NCBI GenBank assembly: GCA_048941015.1
Contig: JBHLNZ010000016.1
Location: 1-52,074, forward strand
DNA: 52,074 bases
Direction of reading: 5' to 3'
DNA from: Promethearchaeota archaeon
Lineage (GTDB): Archaea > Asgardarchaeota > Lokiarchaeia > Sigyniarchaeales > SOKP01
Under the pieces are notes generated by a model. The model was not told the DNA's origin, did no database searches, and saw nothing but the letters and a program-made list of their open reading frames with translations. A program made the translations under genes and the position numbers. How positions within the stretch are numbered: the stretch's first letter is position 1; the number at the start of each line of letters is the position of its first letter. Shown here piece by piece: positions 39,412 to 49,819 of this stretch.

Positions 39412-39744
39412 ATGTATACTAAAAAAATTTTTTCGTTAATCATGGAAGAGAGCCCCGAAGATAGAAAAGTCGTCAGAATGGATCAAATATATGCTGTAGG
39501 CGGTACATTTAATGAACCTTCAGATTTTGCAAAGGCAGTTAACAGAAATCTTCAAATCTTACAAACTAGCGATAAATACTGTAATATAAAAGATATTAAG
39601 TTTAGTATTTTTAATGACCATCGTTATACTAATGCTGCTCCTATTTATCTTGCCTTTATTGTTGCTGAAATTGATGTAGATATAACTCCTGAACCAGAAA
39701 CAAAAGGTAAGAGAAGGAAGAAGAAAAAGAAAAAAAAGAAGTAA
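39412..39744 (+). CDS. Hypothetical protein with polybasic C-terminal tail
   Basis: ORF ends KGKRRKKKKKKK; start may be ATG 39442. Confidence 0.7.
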   Translation: MYTKKIFSLIMEESPEDRKVVRMDQIYAVGGTFNEPSDFAKAVNRNLQILQTSDKYCNIKDIKFSIFNDHRYTNAAPIYLAFIVAEIDVDITPEPETKGKRRKKKKKKKK

Positions 39745-39785
39745 CTCTTTTTTAAGATTCAATCTTGTAATTACAAAACGTAAAT

Positions 39786-40847
39786 TCAATATTTTTTTAT
39801 CAAAATCTCTTGAGAGATTTCACTTAAAGATTTACAATTAGTCATTTTCATTGCTTTCGCTAATGTCTTTTGCAAATATTGCATCTGAATCTTTACACCT
39901 CCAATACCTCCTCCAATAGCAGCACGAACGATATCTCTTCCTATTAAGACTGATTCTGCACCTAAAGCAAGCATTTTTAAAACATCATAACCCGTGCGTA
40001 TGCCACCATCAACTAAAATTTTTATTTTTCCCTTTAGTTCTTTCACAATCATAGAAAGGATATCCGCAGTTCCAGGAGTATGGTCTAATACTCTTCCTCC
40101 ATGATTTGAGACTACTATAGCTGATACCCCAGCTTCTAAAGCGCTCTTGGCATCTTTAACATTCATAATTCCTTTAATTATAACTGGTAATCTGGTGGAT
40201 GATACCAATTCTTTAATGTCATTAATAGATTTTCGAAAAACTGGTTTATTATGAGTTTGCATAGCATACGAACCACAGCCATCTACATCAATACCAACAG
40301 CTATACAGCCAGCTTCTTCAGCCTTTTTAAAAATTTTTTTAATCATTTCTTGATCTCTTGGTTTAGCAATCTTTATCCCCCATCCACCTGCTTCAGCAAT
40401 AGCATCAATTCCATAAGAGTTTTCTATTGAATAGGTATAAGTATCGCCACGCCAACCTAATGTTCCAGCTTCTTTACAACCAAAAACTACTGCACGACAA
40501 AAATCTTCTTCTTTAATGACATCCTCACCTCCAAAACTATTCACTCCTGCGACACTTGCTCCCATAATAGGCATAGTTAATTTATTTCCAAATAAATCAT
40601 AAGTAGTATCTGGTTCGAAATGTTCTCCAATTAAACTCAATTTAAGGTTATACTTTTTTAATGCTAATATATTATTATGAAAACTAGCACCACTTCCTAT
40701 CCCTCCGAATTTAAGAGATTTGCCATAACTTTGACCTTGACAAATCCTCATGGGATCTCCATCACATTCTTTATATACACCGCAAATTCCCATCATCTTT
40801 TTTCTTGCTATATCGCGTATTTCCTCCAATGACATTTTTTCTGACAT
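39786..40847 (-). CDS. FMN-dependent alpha-hydroxy-acid oxidase/dehydrogenase
   Basis: IKGI, VSNHGGRVLD, DGGIRTG motifs. Confidence 0.92.
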   Translation of the reverse strand: MSEKMSLEEIRDIARKKMMGICGVYKECDGDPMRICQGQSYGKSLKFGGIGSGASFHNNILALKKYNLKLSLIGEHFEPDTTYDLFGNKLTMPIMGASVAGVNSFGGEDVIKEEDFCRAVVFGCKEAGTLGWRGDTYTYSIENSYGIDAIAEAGGWGIKIAKPRDQEMIKKIFKKAEEAGCIAVGIDVDGCGSYAMQTHNKPVFRKSINDIKELVSSTRLPVIIKGIMNVKDAKSALEAGVSAIVVSNHGGRVLDHTPGTADILSMIVKELKGKIKILVDGGIRTGYDVLKMLALGAESVLIGRDIVRAAIGGGIGGVKIQMQYLQKTLAKAMKMTNCKSLSEISQEILIKKY

Positions 40848-40869
40848 ATTCTATTCGCCTTAATTGAGA

Positions 40870-42249
40870 TTAGACCATTTTTTTTGGATCCAATAGATCG
40901 TCTAAATTATCAATTTTTAGTCCCATATCTTTAATAACTTGTTTGATTGTTTTTCTTTCTTTATAAGCTTTCTGAGCAATTTCAGAGCATTTATCATACC
41001 CAATTATTGGCGTTAAATTAGTAACAACCATTAACAATCCTTCTAGATATTCATTTATTTGCTCTTCATTTGCTTTCAAACCAATTAAACAGTGATCCAC
41101 AAAAGAGTTGATTCCCCCATTTAATACTTCGACTGAATCAAGCAAATTAACAATCATAATAGGTTTACATACATTTAAATCTAGAATATTGCCATATGCT
41201 TCAGCAAAAGACACAATTGTATCATTTCCTATAACCTGTAGACATGCTTGTATTAGAGCTTCTGATTGCGTGGGATTGACCTTTCCTGGCATTATTGAAG
41301 AGCCAGGTTCGTTTTGAGGCAAAATTAATTCAGCAAGACCTGCTTTAGGCCCACTACCCATCCATCTTATATCGTTAGCCATTTTCATAAGTGATAAAGC
41401 TAAAAATCTAAGATTGCCACTTACATTTACAATTGTGTTGTGTGAAGATATCCCTTCTGCTTTAATAGGATTAACTTTAAAGGGTAAATTTGTTATTTTT
41501 GATAGATGAGAAACAGTAAGTTTAGCAAAATCTTTATGAGCGTTTAGTCCTGTTCCTAATGCAGTACCACCAATTGGAAGAAAATGTAATTCTTCACACG
41601 AATATTTCAACCTTTGTATATTAATTTCAATTTGTCTTAAATATACTTGAAATTCCAATGCTAATGGTATTGGTACAGCATCCTGAAGATGTGTTCTACC
41701 TACTTTTACGATACCTTTAAATTCTTCAATCTTATTTTCTAAATACTCTTTTAACCTACTTAATGTTGGAAAAAGTTTTTGTAACATATGTAGCGCTGAA
41801 ATATGCATAGTGCTGGGAATTACATCATTAGAAGATTGCGATTTATTTACATGATCGTTAGGATGAATAGGATGTTTTTTGCCCATAGGAAAGCCTAATA
41901 TCTGATTAGCTCGATTAGCAATAACTTCGTTCATGTTCATATTAGTTTGAGTTCCACTACCAGTTTGATAAATATCAATTGGAAATTGATCTAAATATTT
42001 TTCTTCTACAATAATCTCGTCTAAGGCTTTTAATATAGCATTTGCTTTTTCATGATCGATTAAATCCAGTTCAATATTAGCTAATGTACATGACTTTTTC
42101 AATTCGGCTAATGCTTTAAGAAAAACAGGAGGAAATTTCTTTCCACTAATCTTAAAATTTTGAATTGCACGTTGAGTATTAATTCCCCAATAAACATTTA
42201 CAGGGACTTTTAATTCCCCTAACACATCCTTCTCTATTCGAAAACTCAA
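40870..42249 (-). CDS. fumC: Fumarate hydratase class II
   Basis: GSGTQTNMN, GRTHLQDA, GSSIMPGKVNP. Confidence 0.9.
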   Translation of the reverse strand: MSFRIEKDVLGELKVPVNVYWGINTQRAIQNFKISGKKFPPVFLKALAELKKSCTLANIELDLIDHEKANAILKALDEIIVEEKYLDQFPIDIYQTGSGTQTNMNMNEVIANRANQILGFPMGKKHPIHPNDHVNKSQSSNDVIPSTMHISALHMLQKLFPTLSRLKEYLENKIEEFKGIVKVGRTHLQDAVPIPLALEFQVYLRQIEINIQRLKYSCEELHFLPIGGTALGTGLNAHKDFAKLTVSHLSKITNLPFKVNPIKAEGISSHNTIVNVSGNLRFLALSLMKMANDIRWMGSGPKAGLAELILPQNEPGSSIMPGKVNPTQSEALIQACLQVIGNDTIVSFAEAYGNILDLNVCKPIMIVNLLDSVEVLNGGINSFVDHCLIGLKANEEQINEYLEGLLMVVTNLTPIIGYDKCSEIAQKAYKERKTIKQVIKDMGLKIDNLDDLLDPKKMV

Positions 42250-42350
42250 TTTAACCTACTCAATTTAAATAATTTCTGTTAATGTAATTAGGAAAAAAAC
42301 AATAAAAAAAGTTTATATTAATATACTATAAATAAAATTAAAACAGAAGA

Positions 42351-43154
42351 TCATTTTCTTGGAATTCTACTTCTTTTAATCCAATTTTGTCTTGTTCTTT
42401 TTCCTAATTTTGGATCAATATATAATTCTATAAACTTTTGATTTGCTTTCCCAGGAATAAACACTACCTTTTTATCTTGGAATGCATTTAAAGACAACTC
42501 TACTACCTCTTCAGCAGACAGCCAGGTTTCTTGGGGAATTTTACTTATATCATAGTCTTTAAAATACCCTACATGATGGAATTCTGTTCTAGTAAAACCT
42601 GGACATAAAGCTTGAATTCTTATATTTGTGTCATGCATCTCATATTGTAATGTTTCTGAAAATATTTTTAAAAATTCTTTTGTTGAGCAGTACATTACAT
42701 GTCGGGGTCTTGGAGTAAAAGCTGCCATAGATGAGACATTGATTACTACTCCACGATTTCGTTTAATCATATTCGGTAGAACTGCTCTACAAAATAATAC
42801 TGGGGCTAAATTATGCACAAATATCATGTCTTTATGTACAGCTGCAGGGATCCTTTCAAAGTATTCTCTTGTTCCAAATCCCGCATTATTAATCAATACA
42901 TCAATGTTAGATATTGATTGAATCCTTTCTGAAACTTTAATTATATCTTCTAATTTGGATAAATCTGCAACTAAGATTTCAGATTCATTTGATGTATTCT
43001 CTTTTATTTGGAGAGCTAGCTTTTCTAGCTTTTCTGTTCTTCGTGCGATTAAGATTGTTTTAAAACCTTGGGAAGATAAAGCTCGAGCAAAAGCTGCTCC
43101 AATTCCACTAGATGCGCCAGTTATTAAAGCAATTCCAAGATTCTCCCAATTCAT
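42351..43154 (-). CDS. Short-chain dehydrogenase/reductase
   Basis: TGASSGIG, NNAG, YCSTK, CPG. Confidence 0.92.
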   Translation of the reverse strand: MNWENLGIALITGASSGIGAAFARALSSQGFKTILIARRTEKLEKLALQIKENTSNESEILVADLSKLEDIIKVSERIQSISNIDVLINNAGFGTREYFERIPAAVHKDMIFVHNLAPVLFCRAVLPNMIKRNRGVVINVSSMAAFTPRPRHVMYCSTKEFLKIFSETLQYEMHDTNIRIQALCPGFTRTEFHHVGYFKDYDISKIPQETWLSAEEVVELSLNAFQDKKVVFIPGKANQKFIELYIDPKLGKRTRQNWIKRSRIPRK

Positions 43155-43251
43155 AAAATTATTATGATTAATTATTCTAACCCTCTCTTTAAAAATTAAT
43201 TATTTATAAGATTATTAGAAAAAGAAGATAAAAAAAACTTTATCCTAATAC

Positions 43252-43974
43252 CTATGATATTGGTTTTATTTTCCAAACTTTAATAGATTGGAATATAAGA
43301 AGAACAGTTCCAAACATTAAAAAAAATAATAACAACAGACTCATAGGATCTGCTAAAAATTCATCATGACTGATGACCGCAAGTATTAAATATAAAATGA
43401 AACCTAAAACATAGATGATCAAATATAATGAAATCCTTGGAATTACTAAGTTTCCAATACGAATGTAAAATTTTAGTATCCCTCTTCTAACTTCTTCTTT
43501 TATGTAATACTTTCCTTCTACTTCATCTTTTGATAAAATTCCAGCATCTTGTAATTTAGATATCTGATATGAAACAGTTCCAGAAGAAGAAATATTTAAA
43601 GCTTTTTGAATTTCTCTAATACCAGCTTTAGTATGAGTAAAAATATACCAATAAATTTGCAATGTTTTGCCCTCTAATAATATTTCTTGAGTAGGTTTAT
43701 GAGACAAAATTTCAATATCAGGTCGGTATAGAAAACTTAAGCCAAAAATTATGAATCCATATACAATAAAGACAGAGATAGAAAAAAAGATGTAAAAATC
43801 GATTATTATTCCCGTCCCAAGGTATACAAGAACGAAGATAATTGTCATTATTCCATGTAAGATAATGATATAATGAAAAATTCTTTTCAGATAATAGATA
43901 ATAAAATTTCTAGAATTAATTTTGCGGGCTTCTGTTTTTATTTCATTTCCATTATTGTTATTATTTACTTTCAA
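43252..43974 (-). CDS. Membrane-embedded winged-helix protein (putative regulator)
   Basis: TM pair, then wHTH (GIREIQKALNISSSGTVSYQISKL), then TM pair. Confidence 0.75.
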   Translation of the reverse strand: MKVNNNNNGNEIKTEARKINSRNFIIYYLKRIFHYIIILHGIMTIIFVLVYLGTGIIIDFYIFFSISVFIVYGFIIFGLSFLYRPDIEILSHKPTQEILLEGKTLQIYWYIFTHTKAGIREIQKALNISSSGTVSYQISKLQDAGILSKDEVEGKYYIKEEVRRGILKFYIRIGNLVIPRISLYLIIYVLGFILYLILAVISHDEFLADPMSLLLLFFLMFGTVLLIFQSIKVWKIKPIS

Positions 43975-43984
43975 TATTATTATT

Positions 43985-45112
43985 TTAACCTACAACATTT
44001 TTAAATACTTTCAGAAAATTCAAACCTGCTAATTTAATTACTTCTTTATCACTATATCCCCGATCAATAAGTCCCTTAATTAAGTTGGGAAACTTTACAT
44101 AACGTTCGAATCCTTCAACTTTATCTAAAAAACTAGCTCTATGTTCTGGTCTAAAACCTAAAACTTCCATGAATTCCCCTATTTTGATTGCTAAACTATC
44201 TGGAACAGAAAACCCATAATAATCAGTACCTATACCAACATGATCTATACCAATAAGATTTACGATATAATCAACATGGTCAAGCCAATCATTAATAGTT
44301 GTTTTCGAATTAGCTGTTAGGAACCCTGGTACTGCTAAAACCCCTATATAGCCCCCTTTTTCAGCAACGATTTTTAAAAGATCATCAGTTTTTCCTCTAT
44401 CATGATCATAAAGGCTCTTTGAAAAAGTATGAGAAGCAATAATCGGATCTTTTGAATTAATTGCCGCATCCATAGATGTTTGCATTCCACAATGAGACAC
44501 GTCGACAATAATTCCTAGTTCATTCATTTTATTCACAACATCCAAACCAAATTCGGTAAGACCTCTATCCCTCCTAGCAGTACAACCAGTACCGACTGCA
44601 TTTTTAGAATTATAAGTTAATTGCATGACTCGAATACCTTGCATATAATAAAGTTCTACAAGATTAATATCGGTGCCAATATGTTGCATACTTTGGAAAT
44701 TTAAAATAATGCCTCTTTTGTCTTCTTTTTTAGCTATTTCAAAATCTTCGGCTTTTAATATTTTTAGAAAAAAATCTTTTCGGTTATCAAGCATATAAGT
44801 CATGAATGAATAATTATGAAATACCCCTTCAAATGAATAAGGTTTTGAATGCATTGGACCAACAGTCCAGCTCACGCAATTAACTCCACAATCCCTCCAA
44901 CTTTTTACATAATTATCAAAATATTTCGGCTCATTTACAACTTTATAGGCGATTTTTATGACTAATTCTGGAATAACATCCCACGGGTTCATATCGCGAG
45001 CTAACATTTCATCGCATGCAGCAACTAAATCATCAGACCATGGTAATGGTCCATGACTAAGGGTATCAATAATAATATTCGAGCTTAAAATTTCTTTTAC
45101 ATGGTCATCCAT
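43985..45112 (-). CDS. Membrane dipeptidase family (M19) protein
   Basis: QLTYN, DVSH, ASHT, HVGIGTD. Confidence 0.9.
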   Translation of the reverse strand: MDDHVKEILSSNIIIDTLSHGPLPWSDDLVAACDEMLARDMNPWDVIPELVIKIAYKVVNEPKYFDNYVKSWRDCGVNCVSWTVGPMHSKPYSFEGVFHNYSFMTYMLDNRKDFFLKILKAEDFEIAKKEDKRGIILNFQSMQHIGTDINLVELYYMQGIRVMQLTYNSKNAVGTGCTARRDRGLTEFGLDVVNKMNELGIIVDVSHCGMQTSMDAAINSKDPIIASHTFSKSLYDHDRGKTDDLLKIVAEKGGYIGVLAVPGFLTANSKTTINDWLDHVDYIVNLIGIDHVGIGTDYYGFSVPDSLAIKIGEFMEVLGFRPEHRASFLDKVEGFERYVKFPNLIKGLIDRGYSDKEVIKLAGLNFLKVFKNVVG

Positions 45113-45211
45113 TTATATCATTCTAATTTGATTTAATATTTGATTAATATTCTATTAAAGAAAGAATAAAAAGATCTAACATTTAGTTCGGATGTGGAAA
45201 AGATTAACAAT

Positions 45212-47884
45212 TTATTTTAATTCAATATATAACTGATGATCTTCTTTTAAAACTATAGATTGTTTTAGAAATAATTCTGCTTTTCTGTTTTTAATTGCGA
45301 TTTTCGCTTCTAAAAGTATTTCTTCTCCATTAAAAATTTCTTTAATAAGCACAGAACCGTTATTTAATTTAAAGGGTTCTAAATGATTAAGAATTAATGA
45401 GTTAATTTCGAGTTCTCCATAAGAAACAGATACTGAGCATACTATTTTATTATCAACTCGGAGAATTATTTGACCCCAAGCAGTATTAGTGATATAAAAG
45501 CATTTTGTATTCTCAGCATTAATTCTGGGTCTAATTTGAAACTGTTTCACCTTATTTATATAAACCACACCTGTTGCAGCATTCAATAAGGTCCAGGATG
45601 ACATCGCTCTTACATAGTGATCTCCACATTCCACCTCATTCCAAGGATTCCTTCTTGTTCCGTCATATCGTTTGCGGATTGCTTTCAAAATATGTGAAGC
45701 TTCTGTATATTTTCCCGTGTATATACATAGTGCGGCAATCTCATATTCGATGCCTGTAAAGACTTCATTACTATAAAGTATTGGGATTGATGGTTTACCA
45801 CCATGAGGCCATGTGCAATTTAAGATACCAGAATCTGTTTCTGAAGCAAAAATTCTAAATACTTCTATTATTTTTTTATTAATTTTGATGACTTGATCGA
45901 TATCTTTGAGAGGGTTCTTAAAATTATATTTTACAATCGAATCAATCGCTTTTTTAACATGTTCGGGAGGCAGAATATATCCTAATCCAAGGTGAAATGC
46001 CCACCATTGCCCGATAAGTTGATCGGAATGGCAACCAATCCCATATTGATGTTCTTTTATTTGATCTTTATCATATTTTTGAATATAATATTCACCATTC
46101 CAGCATTCTTGATCTAAAATTATTTTTCCTGAAGTAAAGATCTCTCGAAATTTCTTGGAATCTTCACTAAGATTTAAAAGCTTAGCAATTTTTTCGCAAC
46201 TTAGGAGAGTTGTTAAATAAAGTGAACCGATAAAGGTATTATTTCCATATAATGTACAATCATACGTATTTGGTTGTTCTGAATAAATAACTCCAATTTT
46301 GTCTTTATCATAATTTTCAAAAATATAGTTTATTAGCTTGTCAATATTTGGCCATGATTTTTTTAGGAAGTCAAGATCAGCCGTTATTAGAAAATCGCGA
46401 TAAATTTTAAGAATAGTACCAAACATTCCATCTATTGCGGGACCAATCATGTCCCAATCTCCGTTTTTACGCAATTGAGGTAAATACATAGGAATAACTG
46501 ATCGATGGGGTATATATCCGGAATCGTGCTGCGTCTTAAATTCAGTTTCACGCATAGTTCTTTCAAGTGATGGAAATAAATATGCTAAACTAAATTCATA
46601 ATTCCAGACATGAGTACAATCTAATGGACAACATCCTCCCGAATATTTCTCATACGTAGGAGAAGCGCCTTTACATCCTTCAAAACCATGAAAAGAACCG
46701 TCTCTCATCCAAAAACATGTAGGTGTTCTTATAGTCGACACAGACGCTATTATGCTCATCAAAACTTCAGGGGGAAGTTCCATTGTATAAAACACCTCAT
46801 GCAGGATCTCTGTTTTTTTCATTAAGTAGTTAAAATTTTGTTGAAAATAGTTCATCACGCTAATTGAATTCTTAAACCATTCATTATAACGATTACCAAT
46901 CCAAAATTCAGTATTCTCGTCTGGAATTTGAGATTTATCAATTACCCAATCTTTAACTCGATTTGGAAAATTCCATGTATAATAAAATTCAATTTCAACT
47001 TTTTCACCTGGATTTATAATTTTTCTCGAACCAAGGCTTCCTACCCAAGTATGGCCAATGGGACTTATTTCTTCCGAAACCGAACTAGGGAACTTTCCCT
47101 CTAGTGAAAAATAATTCCAAAAAGTTTTTAGATCATCCCATTGATTTAATACCATAGCATCTGGTTGATTAATAGCAAATGTTAAATCTCCAAACCTTTT
47201 GTCTTTTCTCAAAAGCGATTTTGACTTCATTTCAATAGCATGCCAATCTCCTATTTCTTTATGTTTGTTCTCATTTCCCCCAAATAGCATACTTTCAGTT
47301 CCTTTAAATACTTTCAAGCCATCCCATCCTAGTAAATTAAGAAAATTTCCAATGAGAGAAACTTCACAGGGATCATTAGATGTATTATGCAATTGAAATT
47401 GAAAAACAATAAGTGGTAAACCTGAATTTTTGGGGTCCAATGGAATGAAAGGAGTGGTTGCCATAAGAGATATTTCGATAGGAAATGAATCATCTAAAAA
47501 GTCCAAAAATGCTATAGGGTATTCCCCATTAAATACGATTTCTTCAACTCCTGGAAGAATTTCAAACATTTCCTTAGCAGCAAGTGGTATCTTATGGTCA
47601 CTTACTGATTCAGCTGGTTTAAAACTAGGATCTTCATGAATTTTAGGACAAATTAGTGCCCTAGAAATGGCTTTATCATTTGGTTCTCCTTCTTTTTTCA
47701 CCCAAACTCCAAAGAAACTATTTGGAACAAAAGCATTATGCCTTACAGTATTTGTAATTTGCCATTGCTTAAGGAGGCCATCTCCTCCAATTGCAATACT
47801 GCCGGTACCAATACCTCCCAATGGCATTGCTGCACATCTTAAGTTTTTACCCGTTAATTGTGATAATCTCTTTGGTTCTATGAT
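45212..47884 (-). CDS. GH116 family glycoside hydrolase (beta-glucosidase/glucosylceramidase-like)
   Basis: AMPLGGIGTG, HGFEG, QPNTYD, NPWNEVECGDHYVRAMSSW; frame extends to ATC/ATA at 47884/47881 after GTGAGGT. Confidence 0.88.
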   Translation of the reverse strand: MIEPKRLSQLTGKNLRCAAMPLGGIGTGSIAIGGDGLLKQWQITNTVRHNAFVPNSFFGVWVKKEGEPNDKAISRALICPKIHEDPSFKPAESVSDHKIPLAAKEMFEILPGVEEIVFNGEYPIAFLDFLDDSFPIEISLMATTPFIPLDPKNSGLPLIVFQFQLHNTSNDPCEVSLIGNFLNLLGWDGLKVFKGTESMLFGGNENKHKEIGDWHAIEMKSKSLLRKDKRFGDLTFAINQPDAMVLNQWDDLKTFWNYFSLEGKFPSSVSEEISPIGHTWVGSLGSRKIINPGEKVEIEFYYTWNFPNRVKDWVIDKSQIPDENTEFWIGNRYNEWFKNSISVMNYFQQNFNYLMKKTEILHEVFYTMELPPEVLMSIIASVSTIRTPTCFWMRDGSFHGFEGCKGASPTYEKYSGGCCPLDCTHVWNYEFSLAYLFPSLERTMRETEFKTQHDSGYIPHRSVIPMYLPQLRKNGDWDMIGPAIDGMFGTILKIYRDFLITADLDFLKKSWPNIDKLINYIFENYDKDKIGVIYSEQPNTYDCTLYGNNTFIGSLYLTTLLSCEKIAKLLNLSEDSKKFREIFTSGKIILDQECWNGEYYIQKYDKDQIKEHQYGIGCHSDQLIGQWWAFHLGLGYILPPEHVKKAIDSIVKYNFKNPLKDIDQVIKINKKIIEVFRIFASETDSGILNCTWPHGGKPSIPILYSNEVFTGIEYEIAALCIYTGKYTEASHILKAIRKRYDGTRRNPWNEVECGDHYVRAMSSWTLLNAATGVVYINKVKQFQIRPRINAENTKCFYITNTAWGQIILRVDNKIVCSVSVSYGELEINSLILNHLEPFKLNNGSVLIKEIFNGEEILLEAKIAIKNRKAELFLKQSIVLKEDHQLYIELK

Positions 47885-48012
47885 TTAAGACCTCACTTTT
47901 AGAATTTAGAAATCTATTGAAGTAATTCAATAGAAGTTAAAAAACTTTTTTTATAGAGCAAAAATTTATGAAAAAAGAAAGATCGAATTTAATTAATTCG
48001 TAAAATATTCAA

Positions 48013-48480
48013 TTAATTGATATCAATTCCACACATAGGACAGATTTTTGTATATTCATCTATTTTTTTTCCACAATTAGGACAATGATGAATTTTATGA
48101 TCGAGCTTAGATTGAACTTGTTGCGTTAAAGGTGTTTCTATAGTATGGAGTAATGAAAATAAGTGAGAAAAAAGTCCTTCAAACCATGATTGTTTGAGTT
48201 TTTCTACTCTAAATATATTACGTGCTATTGGACTAGCTTCAATTCTGACTAAGGTTTTCACTCCTCCTAAATCATAGAGATTTATTCTTATTCTTTTTTT
48301 CCAATTTGGATCATGTCCTGTATTGGTCATCATCGTACCTTGTTTAGCCTTGATAAAGGTGGGTTGAGAGATTTTTTTGATTTTTGCTTTATGTTGGTGT
48401 TCTACCCACTGGAGAGTAACTTCAAATGCTTTATTTATGTTTAATTGAAGGGTATCTTCAAAATTTACAGTTATATTCAT
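48013..48480 (-). CDS. Hypothetical protein with C-terminal zinc ribbon
   Basis: CPNCG...CPMCG. Confidence 0.75.
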   Translation of the reverse strand: MNITVNFEDTLQLNINKAFEVTLQWVEHQHKAKIKKISQPTFIKAKQGTMMTNTGHDPNWKKRIRINLYDLGGVKTLVRIEASPIARNIFRVEKLKQSWFEGLFSHLFSLLHTIETPLTQQVQSKLDHKIHHCPNCGKKIDEYTKICPMCGIDIN

Positions 48481-48680
48481 AATTATTTTTTAGTCAACCC
48501 ACGAATTTGTTTAAAATATAATATAAGAATTTATTTTTATCTTTTTAGGTGAATCAAGTTGAAATATCTAATAATAGGCTTTTAAGAAATCTTAACTTAA
48601 GATTTATTTAATTGTAGATTATAGTTTTATTAATAAAATTAGAAAAATCATTATATAGAAGTTTTTCTTGCTTAAGATTA

Positions 48681-48687
48681 AGGAGGA
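48681..48687 (+). promoter_or_regulatory. Shine-Dalgarno site (AGGAGGA) upstream of CTG start of sucC
   Basis: aggagga ends 7 nt before CTG at 48695. Confidence 0.65.
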
Positions 48688-48694
48688 GTAAAAG

Positions 48695-49819
48695 CTGAGA
48701 CTGCTAGAATACGAGAGCAAAGAGTTATTTGCTAAATTTGATATACCTCTTGCTAAACACATTGTTATTTTAAAAAATGAAAATATAGAAGAAAAAATCA
48801 ATCTTTTTTCTTTTCCAGCTATTGTAAAATCTCAGATTGCAATTGGAAGTAGAAAAAAAGCGGGTTTAATTAAAATTGCTCAAACTAAAGAAGAAGCAAT
48901 AAAATTCTGTAAAGATTATTTCAATAGAATAGTTGCAGGTTATAGTGTAGAAGCAATATTAATTGAAGAGTTAGTTGATATAAAACATGAATTTTATTGC
49001 TCCATAGCATTGGATGCCTCAGGAAGACAATTTTTTATTATTGCAAGTGAAGAAGGAGGTATTGATATTGAAGAAGTCTCAAAAAGTAATCCTGAATTAA
49101 TAATTAGAGAAAATTTTACCTATAAAGATGGTTTAACAAATTATTTATCATTAAAAGTTACTAAGCAATTAGGTTTCTCAAATGTGCTTATAGATTCTGC
49201 AAAAGAGATTTTTTTGAAATTATGGAAAATTACTAAAGAATTAGAAGCTCAACTAGTTGAAATCAATCCATTAGTTCTAACTCCGTCTGGTTTAATTGCT
49301 GTTGATGGAAAAATGATCCTAGATGATAATTCTGCCTTCCGCCAACCAATTGTACGAAAATTACAAGAGAAAAAACTTTCTGAGTTAGAAACGACAGCTA
49401 AAAAAGCGGGATTTTCATTTGTTAAATTAGATGGTGATATTGGCATTTTGGCAAATGGTGCGGGTTTGACTATGGCACTCTTAGACTTACTTTCAAGTTT
49501 GGAATTAAGGCCAGCAAATTTTCTTGATGTGGGAGGTGGTGCAAGTAAGAAAAGAGTCTATAAAGCTTTGGAATTATTATTTAAATTGAATCCAAATTGC
49601 ATACTTATTAATATCTTCGGAGGAATCACAAGATGTGATGTGGTTGCTGAAGCAATAATTCAAGCTTTAAAGGATTTTAAAGAAATTCCGCCTCTAGTCA
49701 TAAGATTAACTGGAACAAATGATACTAAAGGAATTGAACTATTGAAAAAAGAAGGAATAAATGCTTATCAGAACGTTATGGATGCTGTGCAAAAGGTCAA
49801 GGAGGTGCTAGAAAAATAA
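48695..49819 (+). CDS. sucC: Succinyl-CoA synthetase (ADP-forming) beta subunit
   Basis: (M)RLLEYESKELF N-terminus from CTG 48695; EINPL, NGAGL, PANFLDVGGGA, NIFGGITRCD. Confidence 0.9.
   Translation: MRLLEYESKELFAKFDIPLAKHIVILKNENIEEKINLFSFPAIVKSQIAIGSRKKAGLIKIAQTKEEAIKFCKDYFNRIVAGYSVEAILIEELVDIKHEFYCSIALDASGRQFFIIASEEGGIDIEEVSKSNPELIIRENFTYKDGLTNYLSLKVTKQLGFSNVLIDSAKEIFLKLWKITKELEAQLVEINPLVLTPSGLIAVDGKMILDDNSAFRQPIVRKLQEKKLSELETTAKKAGFSFVKLDGDIGILANGAGLTMALLDLLSSLELRPANFLDVGGGASKKRVYKALELLFKLNPNCILINIFGGITRCDVVAEAIIQALKDFKEIPPLVIRLTGTNDTKGIELLKKEGINAYQNVMDAVQKVKEVLEK

Noticed and set aside
45850-45900. Possible in-frame intron in GH116 (VIKINKKIIEV segment)
   Set aside because: No hairpin or BHB can be formed; likely a protein loop
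1716-47888. Numerous 60-100 aa ORFs antisense or out-of-frame within long genes (e.g. 1716..2012, 18076..18279, 34874..35182, 42628..42921, 47667..47888)
   Set aside because: Shadow ORFs of well-supported genes with no motifs
48619-48801. 60-aa minus-strand ORF
   Set aside because: Antisense to the extended sucC 5' end
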